In this document: piece after piece, positions 1 to 12,700 of the stretch
Layout of the letters: every line of letters starts with the position of its first letter
How positions within the stretch are numbered: position 1 is the stretch's first letter
Assembly: GCA_964016885.1 (NCBI GenBank)
Contig: OZ024742.1
Location: 358,298,001-358,362,000 of the forward strand
Direction of reading: 5' to 3'
Origin: Eledone cirrhosa
Taxonomy: Eukaryota
Length of the DNA: 64,000 nt
Translations under genes and position numbers: made by a program
Notes under the pieces: generated by a model
The model's database searches: none
Seen by the model: only the letters and a program-made list of their open reading frames with translations
Told to the model about the DNA's origin: nothing

Positions 1-77
1 TTGATATATATTTATCCTTATCGAGCCCTCTTTGGATTTTAGTCTTCACATTTATTATTATTACTATATATATATAT

Positions 78-267
78 AACGAAGGAGATGTGGTAAGGAA
101 TCAGATGGACCATAACGTACCAAAGTAATCAATACTTAGGTAGTAGAGTGGGTAATAGGAACAAGTATGACCCCGACGGCAGAGTTCAAGCCGTTTCAAC
201 GGCTAATTCTTCACTCCAGAATTAGCCGTCGAAACGGCTTGAGCTCTGCCGTCGGGGTCATACTTGT

Positions 268-268
<1 letters not shown>
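78..268 (-). mobile_element. Penelope-type pLTR fragment ending in a fold-back hairpin (160-268) with hammerhead 3' halves
   Basis: Inverted arms 160-210/218-268, loop 211-217; each arm has GAAAC-GGC-loop-GCC-GTC; same tail recurs at ~541-620 and, reversed, at ~8450-8541; flanked by (TA)n. Confidence 0.6.
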
Positions 269-322
<54 letters not shown>

Positions 323-323
323 T

Positions 324-530
324 ATTTCGTTTCTGAATTTATTTAGCAAGATTCTTTATCTGAAAACATGTGTTGAAACCGATATTGTTATACTTTGGGA
401 GGATCATGTTGCCAATAAGAAACACAGGCACCAGTTGCTTTCACTTCAATTTATTATAATAAATTTATAAATTTAGGAATTTATAAATTTCCGGTTGGTT
501 GGTTGGTTCCACAACCAGATGGTTGTTTAT
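324..530 (+). mobile_element. Short repeat module between (TA)n tracts with degenerate hammerhead-like core
   Basis: CTGAAAA-catgtgtt-GAAAC-cgatatt-GTT at 360-389; homologous to 62305-62450, 62704-62905 and partly to ~27477-27535 and ~37430-37475. Confidence 0.5.
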
Positions 531-618
531 ATATATATAAAACGAAGGAAGTGTGGTAAGGAACCAGATGGACCATAACGCACCAGACTACTCAATACTT
601 AGAGTAGTAGAGTGGGTA

Positions 619-650
<32 letters not shown>

Positions 651-2534
651 ATATAACTTTTACATTTGAATTATATTTATATATATAGTATATTGAGGGA
701 GAGAGATATTTCCATAAGTATTATCTTGTATTATTGAACAGAGATCTGTAGACTCATCCCAACCATGCTGCCCACCCCCATATTATTCATTTCATAGAAT
801 GATCATGTAAATATCAATATGTATCTCTACCTCATATAGACAATCTGAAATGTCTGTTGGTGGTGTTTATATATCTAATTATCTTTACTTTTGTATGTGT
901 GGACATCTAATTATATTTCTCATTAAGAAGTGTCATATAATCCCATTTTCATAACTCATTCAACAGAAGCCATTTTGACTTTGTAAAGTCTACCTTTGTC
1001 ACGTTAGAATTAATAATTCTCACTGATCCATTATTGAGTCAACTCTCTTTTCAATACTTATCTCATATGGCATTATATCTATGATCTAATTGTGATAAAC
1101 TGATAGAAAATGAATGTATACACCATACTGTAATAGAAAGAGGCCATAGTAAGCATATGTAAAGCAGAAGATAAGCTAAATAGTTTAGCCAGTAGTTCTG
1201 GAAGCTCAAAGATAGTATCTAGTATAACATGAAAATACTTTACTTTCAATTTGGTTTTATTGTGTGAAAATATGATTAGATATAATCAGATTTGTATTTA
1301 TTGTCTTGTTGATTAAATCTCAGAAATATCATATAAATCACATACTTTTGAAATGTCTAACAGAAAATGATTTCTTCTGATATTATATAGGTTTCTTATT
1401 TTTCAAAGTAAGATCATGTGATAATTACAAAATATATATTTTGCTTTACTTCAACGGAGCAAAATAAACTATTTCTCTTTCTTTATATTTTGGTGTATCT
1501 TCAGAACTGTCAAATATTTGTGGTTGTTTTTCATATTGTAGGTTTCTTGTTGTTTAGCCACAACTCCAACCTAATCATCAAAGACATTCCAGCCATGACT
1601 ATCCAATCTCCCAATGCTTTCTATATTTAGAAATATATTATTCAATGTGTCCTTCTTTTATAAGATGTAAGGAGAATAATATAATATAATATAAAGAAAA
1701 TATATACCAAAGAATTAAAATTAATGCTTGATTTATATGTGACGTAATGTGTGCTTAATATGCTGGTTATATTTTCACTTTTATATGTGTATGTAGATCT
1801 GTGTATGCAAGTGTGTGTGTGTGTTCATCACACACAGATCAGAAGCAGATGAAATGGTTATTTCTCTATCTCGAAAGTAAAAACAAACATCTCTGTTTCC
1901 AGGAATAACTTTAAAATTGTTCTCTTCTACTCAACCTCTTATTCAATGTCAAATGAAGACAACATAGGTTACTGGGGGAATCTTTAGTTTCATGAGATGT
2001 AATGGGAATTAACTAGTTGCTAGTGCAATTATAAAATGTACCCGTTACACTGTACAAAGTAGCAGGCATTAGTAAGAACATCCATCTGTAGAAGCCACAT
2101 GATTAGCTGTACAATGTTATCCATGCAAGATATACATAAAATTATATGTATTAATTAAAACTTAATTACACTCTAATACTTAAACATCTCAATGTGTGAA
2201 TAAAATATATAGATAAGATATCACTTAGAGAATCAATATTGCATATTTAATTTACCTGAGAAAAATTCTGTTTATGGGAGTATAAGCAAGACAGAAAAAA
2301 ATTATTTTAGTTAGTGTAGCTTATATAAATATCTCCCTACCATGGCTTCTGTTGAGGAAGAAGCAATTTGATATGTAAAATTATATATATATATATCATC
2401 ATATGCAAAGTTTTATTTAAATTGTTGGGTTAACAACGAGTAAATATTTATAACTGATATAAAAGCACACAACAAGTATTTGGAGTATATTTACGATATT
2501 AAATAAATGGAAACTATATTTATAAAACCATATT

Positions 2535-2600
2535 TATTTCACTATATATATTTCAGGGATATCATATTAAAAATATGTTATGCCTTCTTCAGACAAAATA
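2535..2600 (-). ncRNA. Type I minimal hammerhead ribozyme
   Basis: Minus strand: tattttgt-CTGAAGA-AGG..CCT-GAAA-tatata-TA-gtgaaata; stem I 8 bp with G:U pairs, palindromic stem III. Confidence 0.7.
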
Positions 2601-2702
2601 CAATATAAACAGTCTTATAAATAGATAGATTCGACATACCTTTCAACTTCGACTTCTATTTGAAAAGTTGATTTGGTAGTGGAAAAAATATTAGGGACAG
2701 TT

Positions 2703-2936
2703 ATAATATATAGGTGGTGAAGAGAAAGAATTTATTAGTGAGAAAAATTTGGAGGTGTAGGCATAAATGCAGTTCAAATATAAACAAGTTTATCATTGAC
2801 AAAATATATATATATCATCATATATATATATATATTTTGTCAATGATAAACTTGTTTATATTTGAACTGCATTTATGCCTACACCTCCAAATCTTTCTCA
2901 CTAATAAGTTCTTTCTCTTCACCACCTATATATTAT
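2703..2936. repeat. Fold-back inverted repeat with ~100-bp arms around a (TA)n/CAT spacer
   Basis: ataatatataggtggtgaagag...gacaaaatata is the reverse complement of tatattttgtc...ctcttcaccacctatatattat. Confidence 0.9.
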
Positions 2937-3012
2937 GTAAACTCATTAAACTAATAATAAAAAGATGTGGTAGATACATACTATCATTATAATTCTATAC
3001 ATTCTATATATA

Positions 3013-3400
3013 GGGCAGTGGATTGGCAGTATCGGTAGAGGGTCGGACGCCATGCGTTCCAGCATAGTTACGACCCTTTACGATCTGAGTTCAAATCCCG
3101 CCGAGGTTGACTTTGCCTTTCATCCTTACAGGGTCGATAAAATAAAGTACCAGTAATGCACTGTGTAATTGCTGGCCTTGTGCCTAAAGTAGAAACAATT
3201 ATAATTCTATACATTGGGCAGTGGATTGGTAGTATTGGTCGGATGACATGCTTTGACATATAGAGTTACAGTCCTTGCCATTCTGAGTTCAAATCCCGCC
3301 GAGGTTAACTTTGCCTTTCATCCTTACAGGGTCGATAAAATAAAGTACCAGTAATGCACTGTGTAATTGATGGCCTTGTGCCAAACGTAGAAACAATTAT
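3013..3400 (+). mobile_element. Two tandem tRNA-derived SINEs (family A, Meta/MESC-like core)
   Basis: A box TGGCAGTATCGG, B box GAGTTCAAATCC, core ctttgcctttcatcctt..gggtcgataaaataaagtaccagt, tail gccttgtgcc..gtagaaacaatt; copies 3013-3200 and 3216-3400. Confidence 0.85.
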
Positions 3401-4175
3401 AAGTCTATGCATTCCTTTGAGCATTGTTTGTATAGTTCTGCCTTTGCTATATATATATATATATATACATATATATGATGGACTCTCCTGTCGATATCGG
3501 ACGTATGAGTGTGCAACAAAAGTTGATGTGAGAAAGTGAACTGATGTTGAACTACCCACACAAAGTTTTGTTTTAAGTGGTGAAGGCTTGTGTAGGACCA
3601 ACCACACTTTTTGGAACTGACAACACATATCCTCGATGCAAATGTTTGCCACGGAAAATACAATAACAGCCCTCAGCTTTTTATGACTCGGAGTTTAACC
3701 TCTCCGTATGAAAAAGAAACAAACTATTTGGAAGCCATTGACTCTTCTGAGTTCCTCTGCCCTTTGCCGGATCTTATATTTCATCCCGCAGGTTGTCCAA
3801 ATATCACCCTCCTTACCAAGCAAGCTTGGTGGGGTTGCCAGTTTACTCGCTGACGACCCAACCATGAGACAGGTTGTACTGGGTTACATGTTACCAGTAG
3901 CACTCAAGAGCGACCTGACATACATACATGGATTGATTTTTTTTTAGTTTCAGAAGATCCCGTTAAAGTTAAAGCAGCGATTCTTTGCTTGAACTATAAT
4001 CTGTTATTTTAATAAAAATTTGCTCTAGCGTTCTTATATATTTGATATATATTTATCCTTATCGAGCCCTCTTTGGATTTCAGTCTTCAAATTTATTATT
4101 ATTACTATATATATATAAATGAATGCCTTTTGGAACTTACCAGTCACTTATTCCATATCTCACAATGCTTCATAA

Positions 4176-4216
<41 letters not shown>

Positions 4217-4654
4217 TATATGTCCTCGTCATCACCATTTAATGTCTACTTTCTTGGTTAGCAAGGGCTGGAGTAATATAGATATATATCCAGTCATACA
4301 TACATAGATATTCACATACTTACATACATATTATATCTCTCTCTCTCAATATATATATTAAGAGGGGGAGAGAGAGAGAGTTGGATTGGTAAATGTATTA
4401 TCTGTTTACAAATGCAGAGAAATGTAAAAATATCTAGTCTGTATATTTTTTAGAAGCTGACACATCTTTCCTCTAAATGTCACATTGCTGATTATTCAAA
4501 CAATTGAAAATAGGAGCTAGCATGGCAATATAGAAACAATACTATTCATAAATGTATCAAAATATGATTAGTTATCAAGATTAGATTTGTTTCCATTAGA
4601 AAATATGACATATATTCATCTATTCATTTGTCATATACAGAACATATAATCATC

Positions 4655-4995
4655 ATCACCATCGTTTATTCATGTTTCTCCATGTTTGCATGGGGTGGAT
4701 GGGTCTTTCTCAGCATAGCATCTTTCCACTCACCACACTTCTTCGACATTTTCTCTGTGAGGTCAGGTCTCACAACCTCTGCCCAGGTCTTTCTTGGTCT
4801 ACCTTTACTGCAACTTCCTTCCATTGTAATTTCTTGGCATTTCTTCACCCATCGGTCATCATCAATGCACATCACATGTCTGTACCATTGCAGTCTTCTC
4901 TCTTGCACACCACCTTGGTTTCCTCTTAAACCCAGTTTCTCCTTCAGTTCATCGATGCTCTGCCATTCTCTCACACATATATTGCACATACAATG
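4655..4995 (-). mobile_element. RTE LINE 3' fragment
   Basis: Peptide ERRLQWYRHV..GRPRKTWAEVV homologous to C-terminus of ORF ending at 33613. Confidence 0.85.
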
Positions 4996-5293
4996 AAGCA
5001 TGGCAGCTTCATTTATCTCCAGTATGATATATATATCTGTTCTCTTCTCCCTTTCTATACTCTCTCATTTCTCATCTCATGCTTTAGACTCTTTCTTCTT
5101 TTCTCTCCCTCTCTCTGTTCGGTGGTTATATCTTAACACAACTTTTTTCTATACATATAGTATTCAGCTATTTACAGCTACTCATCGTGCTGAGAATCAT
5201 ACAATTTTTTGAAAATCCATATATTTATATATTCCCTATCTTATGTATATATATATAACACAAAAACAATTAAGGTCTTTATTTTTAATGACA

Positions 5294-5640
5294 CTAGCAG
5301 ATTTACCCGGCGTTGCTCGGGGTTTGAAATTATGCTAAGAATATACAGTTAGGAAGTAAACGAAGAACATTTGTCCCCAACCTGTCAAAATAAGCAGTCT
5401 CTTTATAAGGATTGTCAATAAAGTTGGTTATCTCCCTTACATCAATACCGATCATTTTTATATCGATTTTTTATTGCTCAACATGGGTCGATTGGAAAAA
5501 ATTTTGTGATGTGACCATATTAGTGACATGTGCAACGTGCACAGAAAATTTGGTCAAATTCGGTTTGTAATTTTAAAAGCCTTAGCTATCCAAAGTTGTA
5601 CACAGACACACACACATCCTCGCTTTTATATATATAAAGA
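5294..5640 (-). mobile_element. Non-autonomous Helitron-like element
   Basis: Minus strand starts TC, ends with hairpin (cccggcgttgctcggg) then CTAG; inserted between A and T; no TSD; homologous to 6532-7181. Confidence 0.75.
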
Positions 5641-6240
5641 TGTTAGTGTTGATGAGTGTCTGAATGTTTTTGAATACGTGACAATTTTTTAAAGAATTGA
5701 AAATCCATAATTTGTATAATAAATTATTTTAGTTGGGTACTAGTGGAAAATTCCTATATAAATATTGTAGGAAGTAGCTCCAAGAATTCATCTATTTTGA
5801 TATTTTGTTAAAAATCCCTAATAACTTGTTCTTCGGCCATTTATTACTGAGAGGGTTGTGGGGCAGAGTCCTCAAACACTCCTTCCATTGGGTCCTGTCA
5901 GAGGCAACCATTTCCAATTGATCTGGCTAGATCTGCAAGCATGACCAACCAAGTTCATGGCATGATTAACTTGGCTTTACTGCCATTTGAAGTCAGTAAA
6001 TTGAGAATCAGTACTAGGGTTGATTCTTCTTATCTCCTTATTTGTTTCTTTTTCCTTTACTCTGGCAGAGATTTGCTGTGAAGAGATATGGAGAGGAATG
6101 GGCTCCACCAAATTTCAAATGCCTAACATATGCCATATGTCACCATAGTAATTCTACAACTCCATCAGCAAATCTCTAGAAAGAATATATCTTTTCAGTC
6201 ACTTAGTTACTCTTGCAAATTACGTTGGAATAATGTAATA

Positions 6241-6430
6241 ATTGTTTCTACATTTGGCACAAGGCCAGCAATTATACCAGTGCATTACTGGTACTTTATT
6301 TTATCGACCCCATAAGGATGAAAGGCAAAGTTAATCTCGGCGGGATTTGAACTCAGATCATAAAGGGAGGTAACTCTATGCTTCAAAGCATGATATCTGA
6401 CCTTCTACTGATACTGCCAATCCACCACCC
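6241..6430 (-). mobile_element. SINE family A
   Basis: Reverse complement of 3013-3200 family. Confidence 0.85.
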
Positions 6431-6531
6431 TAATATATATAATAAAAATGAAATTATTGTGTACTGTGCTCAGGTGCTTGTCAATAAATACTGTCAATAA
6501 ATACTTGTCAATAAATACTTGTCATTTTTTA

Positions 6532-7181
6532 TCTATATATATAAAACTGAGGATGTCTGTCTGTGTGTGTGTGTCTGTGAGTTTGAATCCCTAAAACTTG
6601 AGAAATACCCAACCGATTTTTTCAAACTGTACATGTGTATTACTTATGTTTCAGGGAGTGTTATGCACATTAAAAAACTTCAAATTTGTTATCCCCTAAA
6701 TTGTTTATCCATTAGGTGAAAAACTGCGTTTTTTCAGCTTTTTAGGGTTCTTTTGAGGTTTTACGTAGGACCGATCTCCTTGAAATTGTAACTATGTATT
6801 AGCCAGTCTCTTCTTCATACCGTGAGCAAAGAAAATCCAATTTTTTAAAGGTATTGGGCCCGCATTAGGTGAAAAACTTCATTTTTTCACCTTTTCAAGG
6901 CTTTTTTGAGGCGTTACGTCTAGCCGATTTTCCCGAAATTTCAAGGCATATTATGCACATGGAAAATATTAATTTTCTTTTTCCCCTAGGGCCTGCATTA
7001 GGTGAAAACCTTCATTTTTCCTGCTTCATCGAGGAAATTCTTAAAGATTATCCAGCCATCAGAGTATTCGGTTTATTTTCTTTTCATATTGTCCAGGCAT
7101 GCAGTTTTTCCACAATTAGGTCTGTTGGCAGCCCGCGTTCCAAAATACCTTATCCCATGCAACGCCGGATACCATTGCTAG
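6532..7181 (+). mobile_element. Non-autonomous Helitron-like element
   Basis: A|TCtatatatataaaa...(ctgt/gt)n...gcaacgccgga..CTAG|T termini. Confidence 0.75.
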
Positions 7182-7545
7182 TGTATCATATAATAATGTA
7201 ATAATGAAATAATGACTTAAAATATTTAAAAAAAACTACATTTAGAACATTTAGAATTCTATTTAGCAGGAAAAACATATCTTGTGAAAATAAACTACAA
7301 GGGTTCAAGGATGCTACCTAAACTGAAAGCAACAGTAATAATATAAATAATAATATCAGCATGATCTATAACACTTTCAATATATGACAAAACAATTGTA
7401 TCTGGGAATGTAGAATGTCAGTATCACTGGCATTTGTCAGATTTAATTATGTCTTAAATAAATACACTTGATGCATGGATTATAAAATTAAAATAAATAT
7501 GAACATTTTGAAATAGTATTCTTTAAAATATATGCATATTGGGCA

Positions 7546-7582
<37 letters not shown>

Positions 7583-7590
<8 letters not shown>

Positions 7591-7925
7591 GAGAAGAAAG
7601 AAGATTACTGCGTGGTTTCATGAGCGAGAGAGGTACAGACCGTGTTGATGTGTGTGAGATGTGAGCAAGAAGAGACCCACACAAGCCAAACGGGAGGAAG
7701 TGAGAAGGGGAGAAACAGAGAGTGAGTGAATGGAAGTGTGAGGAAGAGGTCAGTCGAGAGAAAGTGTAACTGACAGAGGGAGCGAAAGAAGTTGAGATAA
7801 ACAGAGAAAGCGGCGAAGCAGTAAGAGAGAAACAGACAAACGCAGCCGAGGTAAATATATATAAAAAACATGAGAAGAAAGAAGAATACTGTGTGGTTTG
7901 CACATGGGTTACATATGATATATAG
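7583..7925 (-). mobile_element. Partial tandem module between (TA)n tracts (pLTR-like)
   Basis: aaaacatgagaagaaagaag(a)tactg(c/t)gtggttt at ~7584 and ~7865; reverse copy at ~30790-30828; minus strand reads GAAAC-cacgca-GTA. Confidence 0.4.
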
Positions 7926-7954
7926 TCAAATACGGCGTAAACACATGTTACTAC

Positions 7955-8024
<70 letters not shown>

Positions 8025-8372
8025 TATATATATATATAAATTTTGGTCGTTTTGAAAAGCTCAACAATGCAGATGGGTAAATCTCCGGGTGACAGAATCC
8101 GGTGGTGAAGAATCCAGTGGTGAAGAGAGAGATGTAAGAGGAAATGTAGAATGAGACGTATAGTGTGTAGAGGAACGTAGGAAAGAGCGTAAAAGAGAGT
8201 TACCCTGGGAGAGATTTAATTGTCCCTATATTTCGGATTTCGCATCCATCAACTGCGGGGTTTTCCGAGGTGGGAAGTTATCTGTCGGAGAGGAACGGTA
8301 CCTGGCCTCTGTTGTCCGCCGTTATATGCATACATACAAACACACACACATACATATATATGTATATATATA

Positions 8373-8445
<73 letters not shown>

Positions 8446-8565
8446 AAGTATACTTTTTCCTATTACCCACTCTACCACCCTAAGTATTGAGTACTCTGGT
8501 GCGTTATGGTCCATCTGGTTTCTTACCACAACTCCTTCGTTATATATATATATATATGTATATAT

Positions 8566-8612
<47 letters not shown>

Positions 8613-8622
8613 TATATATATT

Positions 8623-9170
8623 AGAATTGGTGCTCTGAAATAGCGATGTATATATGAATGTATATATAGTGTATTTGGCAATACACTCTATGCTTATTTA
8701 AAAACATTTTGAAGAACTTACGCTATTCGTTTTAAAGTAGTGACTATTGCACTTACTTCTTTTTTCAACAAACAAAGGGAGATAAGCTGACAGATCTCTG
8801 TTTCATACTGTTGGTATTCGTCAGAGCCTAGCACTCCCCTTATTTGTTGAAAATATAAATGTTGGATTCTTATAGAATTCCAGAAATAATCAGGGACTAG
8901 TTATACAGAGTGGTTGCCGGTCCAGCCAAAATTGAAAATTAGAATTGGTGCTCTGAAATAGCGATGTATATATATATGAAAAAAGAAGTAAGTGCAATAG
9001 TCACTACTTTAAAACAATAGCGTAAGGTCTTCAAAATATTTTTAATTAAGCATAGAGTGTATTGCCAAATACACTATATATACATTCATATATACATCGC
9101 TATTTCAGAGCACCAATTCTAATTTTCAATTTTTGCTGGACCGGCAACCGCTCTGTATAATTAGTTCCCT
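8623..9170. mobile_element. Penelope-type pLTR / retrozyme-like module: ~318-bp partial tandem followed by an inverted copy
   Basis: agaattggtgctctgaaatagcgatg at 8623 and 8941; 8977-9170 is reverse complement of 8623-8767 plus 8892-8940; same family at ~63912-64000. Confidence 0.75.
8762..8853 (-). ncRNA. Type I hammerhead ribozyme, canonical core with GUC cleavage triplet
   Basis: Minus strand: taggct-CTGACGA-ATAC caaca GTAT-GAAAC-AGAGATCT-GTC-agctta, with long extended stem I. Confidence 0.88.
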
Positions 9171-9247
9171 ATTTATGTACACATATATATATATGTATAT
9201 ATATATGTATGTACATATATAAAATATGTATGTACATATATATATAT

Positions 9248-9639
9248 CATCATCATCATCATCATCATGTTACGTACGCTTTTCCCTGCTTGCAAGGGTG
9301 GGACGGGAACTGATTCTGATTTGATTTCTACAGCTGGATGCCCTTGCTAACACCAACCTCATTTACAGTGAGTGCTGGGTGCTTTTTTGCCGTGGCGCCT
9401 ACATGTTCACTTTACAGTGTGGGCTGGGTACTTTTTTGCCATGGCACCTCCACGACCACTTTGCAGTGGAATGATAGAGATCCCAGTCCCTATCATCTCA
9501 TTTCTACAGCTGAATAAACTGGAGCAATGTGAAATAAAGTGTCTTGCTCAAGGAAACAACACATCACCCGGTCTGAGAATTGAACTCACAACCTTTCAAT
9601 TGCAAGCCCAATGCTCTAACCACTAAGCCATGTGCCTCC
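9248..9639 (-). mobile_element. SINE family B (tRNA head, V-like core, RTE tail)
   Basis: Reverse complement of 26358-26703; (ATG)n tail. Confidence 0.85.
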
Positions 9640-9668
9640 ATATATATAATATGTATGTACATATACAC

Positions 9669-9746
<78 letters not shown>

Positions 9747-9993
9747 TTGTTTCTGCATGTATAAGTCAACAAAGAAAACAAGGGAGATCATCATCATCAT
9801 CATCATAACCTCCCCTGTCCCTGCTAGCAAGGGTTGACAGTACAATACAATGTTTGATAGAGTATGAAAATATTCTTAACATTGTAGTTGTTAGTCCTTC
9901 AGTGGAAGTTAGAATGAGAAAGAAGAATTAGAAAGATACATAAGAGTAGGAAAAACCGTTTTAGGAGGAAAACATGTATGTATATATGTATAT

Positions 9994-10046
<53 letters not shown>

Positions 10047-10081
10047 ACACACACACAGCAACAGCTGACACTTGTGTGTAT

Positions 10082-10405
10082 TTAGTAAAGTACACAGTTG
10101 CAAATATTTGAGCTACATCTCCAATTTAATGATTTTAGAAGAATAAACTTAGTTGCAAATCATTTGAACTAGATCTCTAGATTAATGATTTTAGCAGAGT
10201 ACACATCATAACAAATATTTGAACTACATTTCCAGACTAATGATTTTAGCAGAGTACACATCATAGCAAATATTTGAGCTAGATCTCCAGATTAATGACT
10301 TTGTCAGACTACTCTCAGTTGCAAACATTTGAGCTAGATTTCGAAATTAAGGATTTTAGCAGAGTACACATAGCAAATATTTGAGTTAGGTTTACAGATT
10401 AAGGA
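10082..10405. repeat. Degenerate ~55-bp tandem repeat, about 6 copies
   Basis: Recurrent gcaaatatttgagctagatctccagattaatgattttagcagagtacac. Confidence 0.75.
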
Positions 10406-10616
10406 TGACTTCTCCCTTCATCTCACCAGCTTTGGACATTCTGAAAATATTTGTGTGCGGGGTATTTCAAATAAATAAGGTAGCTTGATGGGAATTTGCT
10501 GTTAATTTAAGAATCATGAATAGCATAGAGACAACCTTATTGGCCTGTATGGAATATTCCATTGGCTTGTATCAAATCATATGTAATGAGGGTTTAAAAT
10601 AATAGCAGAGAGAAAG

Positions 10617-10860
10617 TCTTCTTCTTCTTCCACTTGTTATTGAGGTCATGGGGGCAGAGCCCTCAAACACCTCTTCCAGTAGGTCTTGTCAGAAGCAACC
10701 ATCTCCAACTGATCTGGCTGGATCCCCAAGCAAGACCAGCCAAACTGTTATCCAACCATCTTGCTCGGAGTCTACACCTGGGTCTCCTACTGGATGGTTT
10801 TGCTTGTATAATCTGTCCAGTGATTCTTTCCTGAGACATTCTCACCACATGTCTCAAAGG
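10617..10860 (-). mobile_element. Old RTE-like LINE 3' end with (AAG)n tail
   Basis: Peptide RRPRCRLRARWLDN; homologous copies at ~5830-5960 (-) and ~25040-25284 (+). Confidence 0.6.
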
Positions 10861-11854
10861 AAGAAAATCTACAATATGTGTGTGTTATGTGTGTGTTATG
10901 TCAGAGGATAATGTGAAGGAATGAGCAGAAGTGCCACGAGAATAGAATTATTTTTTTTAATGTTTTTATTTGTTGACACATTCTTAGCAATGTTTACATA
11001 TTCCATTTCCATACTTCATAATGGAGTCATATTTATATATCAAAACAAGTGTTTAATTCACTGTCCACACCATTCTATCACCTGAATTCATTGATGATTG
11101 CCCGTCAAACTTCATTGTGTATTTAAGCTATTATATCTCTACTGGGGGATACAAACATATTCATCCTCTTTGAAGCATGTGAACTTTTGACATTCTGCTA
11201 GAATTAGAACTATTTTCTGCTTCATATAGAATTTCAATACACATGCACACATATCCTCTTCCTCTCACACTTTCACTCTCTTTTTCTTTTTATTTCCCCC
11301 ACTATCTCTTTCATGTTAATTATACTTCTGAAACTAATGACTGCTTTGTAATCGATAATCAAATGTTTCTGGTAATTCCCATAGGTAAAAAAGACTATTT
11401 CCAGGGATAATCTGTGTCAGTATCTAATTATGATATTTGCAGGTACATTAAGATTAGTATGAAAGTTACCTTGGTAGATATGGGATGGGATCTGTGATTT
11501 ACTCATCTAATTATTTTATGGATAATTATAATGGTAATATCGTTGATGGCTGGTGGACATCTCCATTAATAATTGCCACATCGAAAAGCAGAAAAGAGTG
11601 ATAATGCACCAATGAAACATAATTACAGTTGTCTGTAACTAATGGATCAAACAATGGAAATGTTTGAATTATAGAACAGGTAGAAGATATACAGCAGATC
11701 AGGTTTAACGAGAGTGTCAAACCATTAATGCCATATCTCTGCTGTAGAAGATACAAAACCATTTCTTGGGAAAATTCCTCTTTAAATTATTATGTAGTAG
11801 GTAAGAGAACCAGAAGATACATTATACTATTGTTACATATTAATAATTATGATG

Positions 11855-11900
<46 letters not shown>

Positions 11901-11914
11901 CAATAATAGTAATA

Positions 11915-12250
11915 ATTGTTTCTACTTTTGGCACAAGGCCAGCAAATACCCAGTGCATTACTGGTACTTTATTTTATCGGCCCCGTAAGGATGAAAGGCA
12001 AATTAACCTCGGCGGGATTTGAACTCAGAATGGCAAAGACCGTAATAATAGTAATAATAATAATTATTATTATTTCTACTTTTGGCACAAGGACAGCAAT
12101 TATTCAGCGCATTACTGGTACTTTATTTCATCAACCCCGTAAGGATGAAAGGCAAACTTAACCTCGGCGGGATTTGAACTCATACCATAAAGGGCCGTAA
12201 CTCTTTGCTGCAAAGCATGGCGTCCGACGCTCTACCGATACTGCCAATCC
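11915..12250 (-). mobile_element. Two SINE family A copies in (TAA)n
   Basis: Family A sequence at 11915-12043 and 12070-12250. Confidence 0.8.
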
Positions 12251-12252
12251 AA

Positions 12253-12660
12253 ATAATGATTCATTTGTTGGCCACAAGGGCCGACATATAGGGGACAATA
12301 CAAAAGACAGGGACAGTGGGGGTTTACATATACAACGTGTAAACAATATAAATAACAATAACAAAATAACAAGAAAAATTCCCCAATAGGAGGGATGGAT
12401 GACCACCCAGGGTTCACTCAGGTACCCTACCAATCCTGAACGACCCGACTCTTCGAGAGCACCCGGGAAGGGCACCTGTCTCCTCCTCAAATTCACCCAC
12501 CTACAGGAGCATGCGCAGCGTAGGCCCACTCACACGCGCTAGTCTTGCCACATTCACCCACCTTTCAGCAAATATACTGGGGGCAGCACTTCTCTCTCCA
12601 CCCTTACCTTCCTTTCCAAGTGAAACTTGAAAAAGTTGATGAGGGATTGGCCGAAGAGAA
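12253..12660 (-). mobile_element. Tx1-type LINE 3' fragment
   Basis: Highly similar to 16081-16473; TAA repeats on both sides. Confidence 0.85.
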
Positions 12661-12666
12661 AATAAT

Positions 12667-12700
<34 letters not shown>

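Noticed and set aside
3850-3890. Hammerhead at CTGACGA 3850
   Set aside because: The hairpin is not followed by GAAA
8220-8270. Hammerhead-like GGAT-gcgaa-ATCC-GAAA on minus strand
   Set aside because: No CUGANGA box and no stem I
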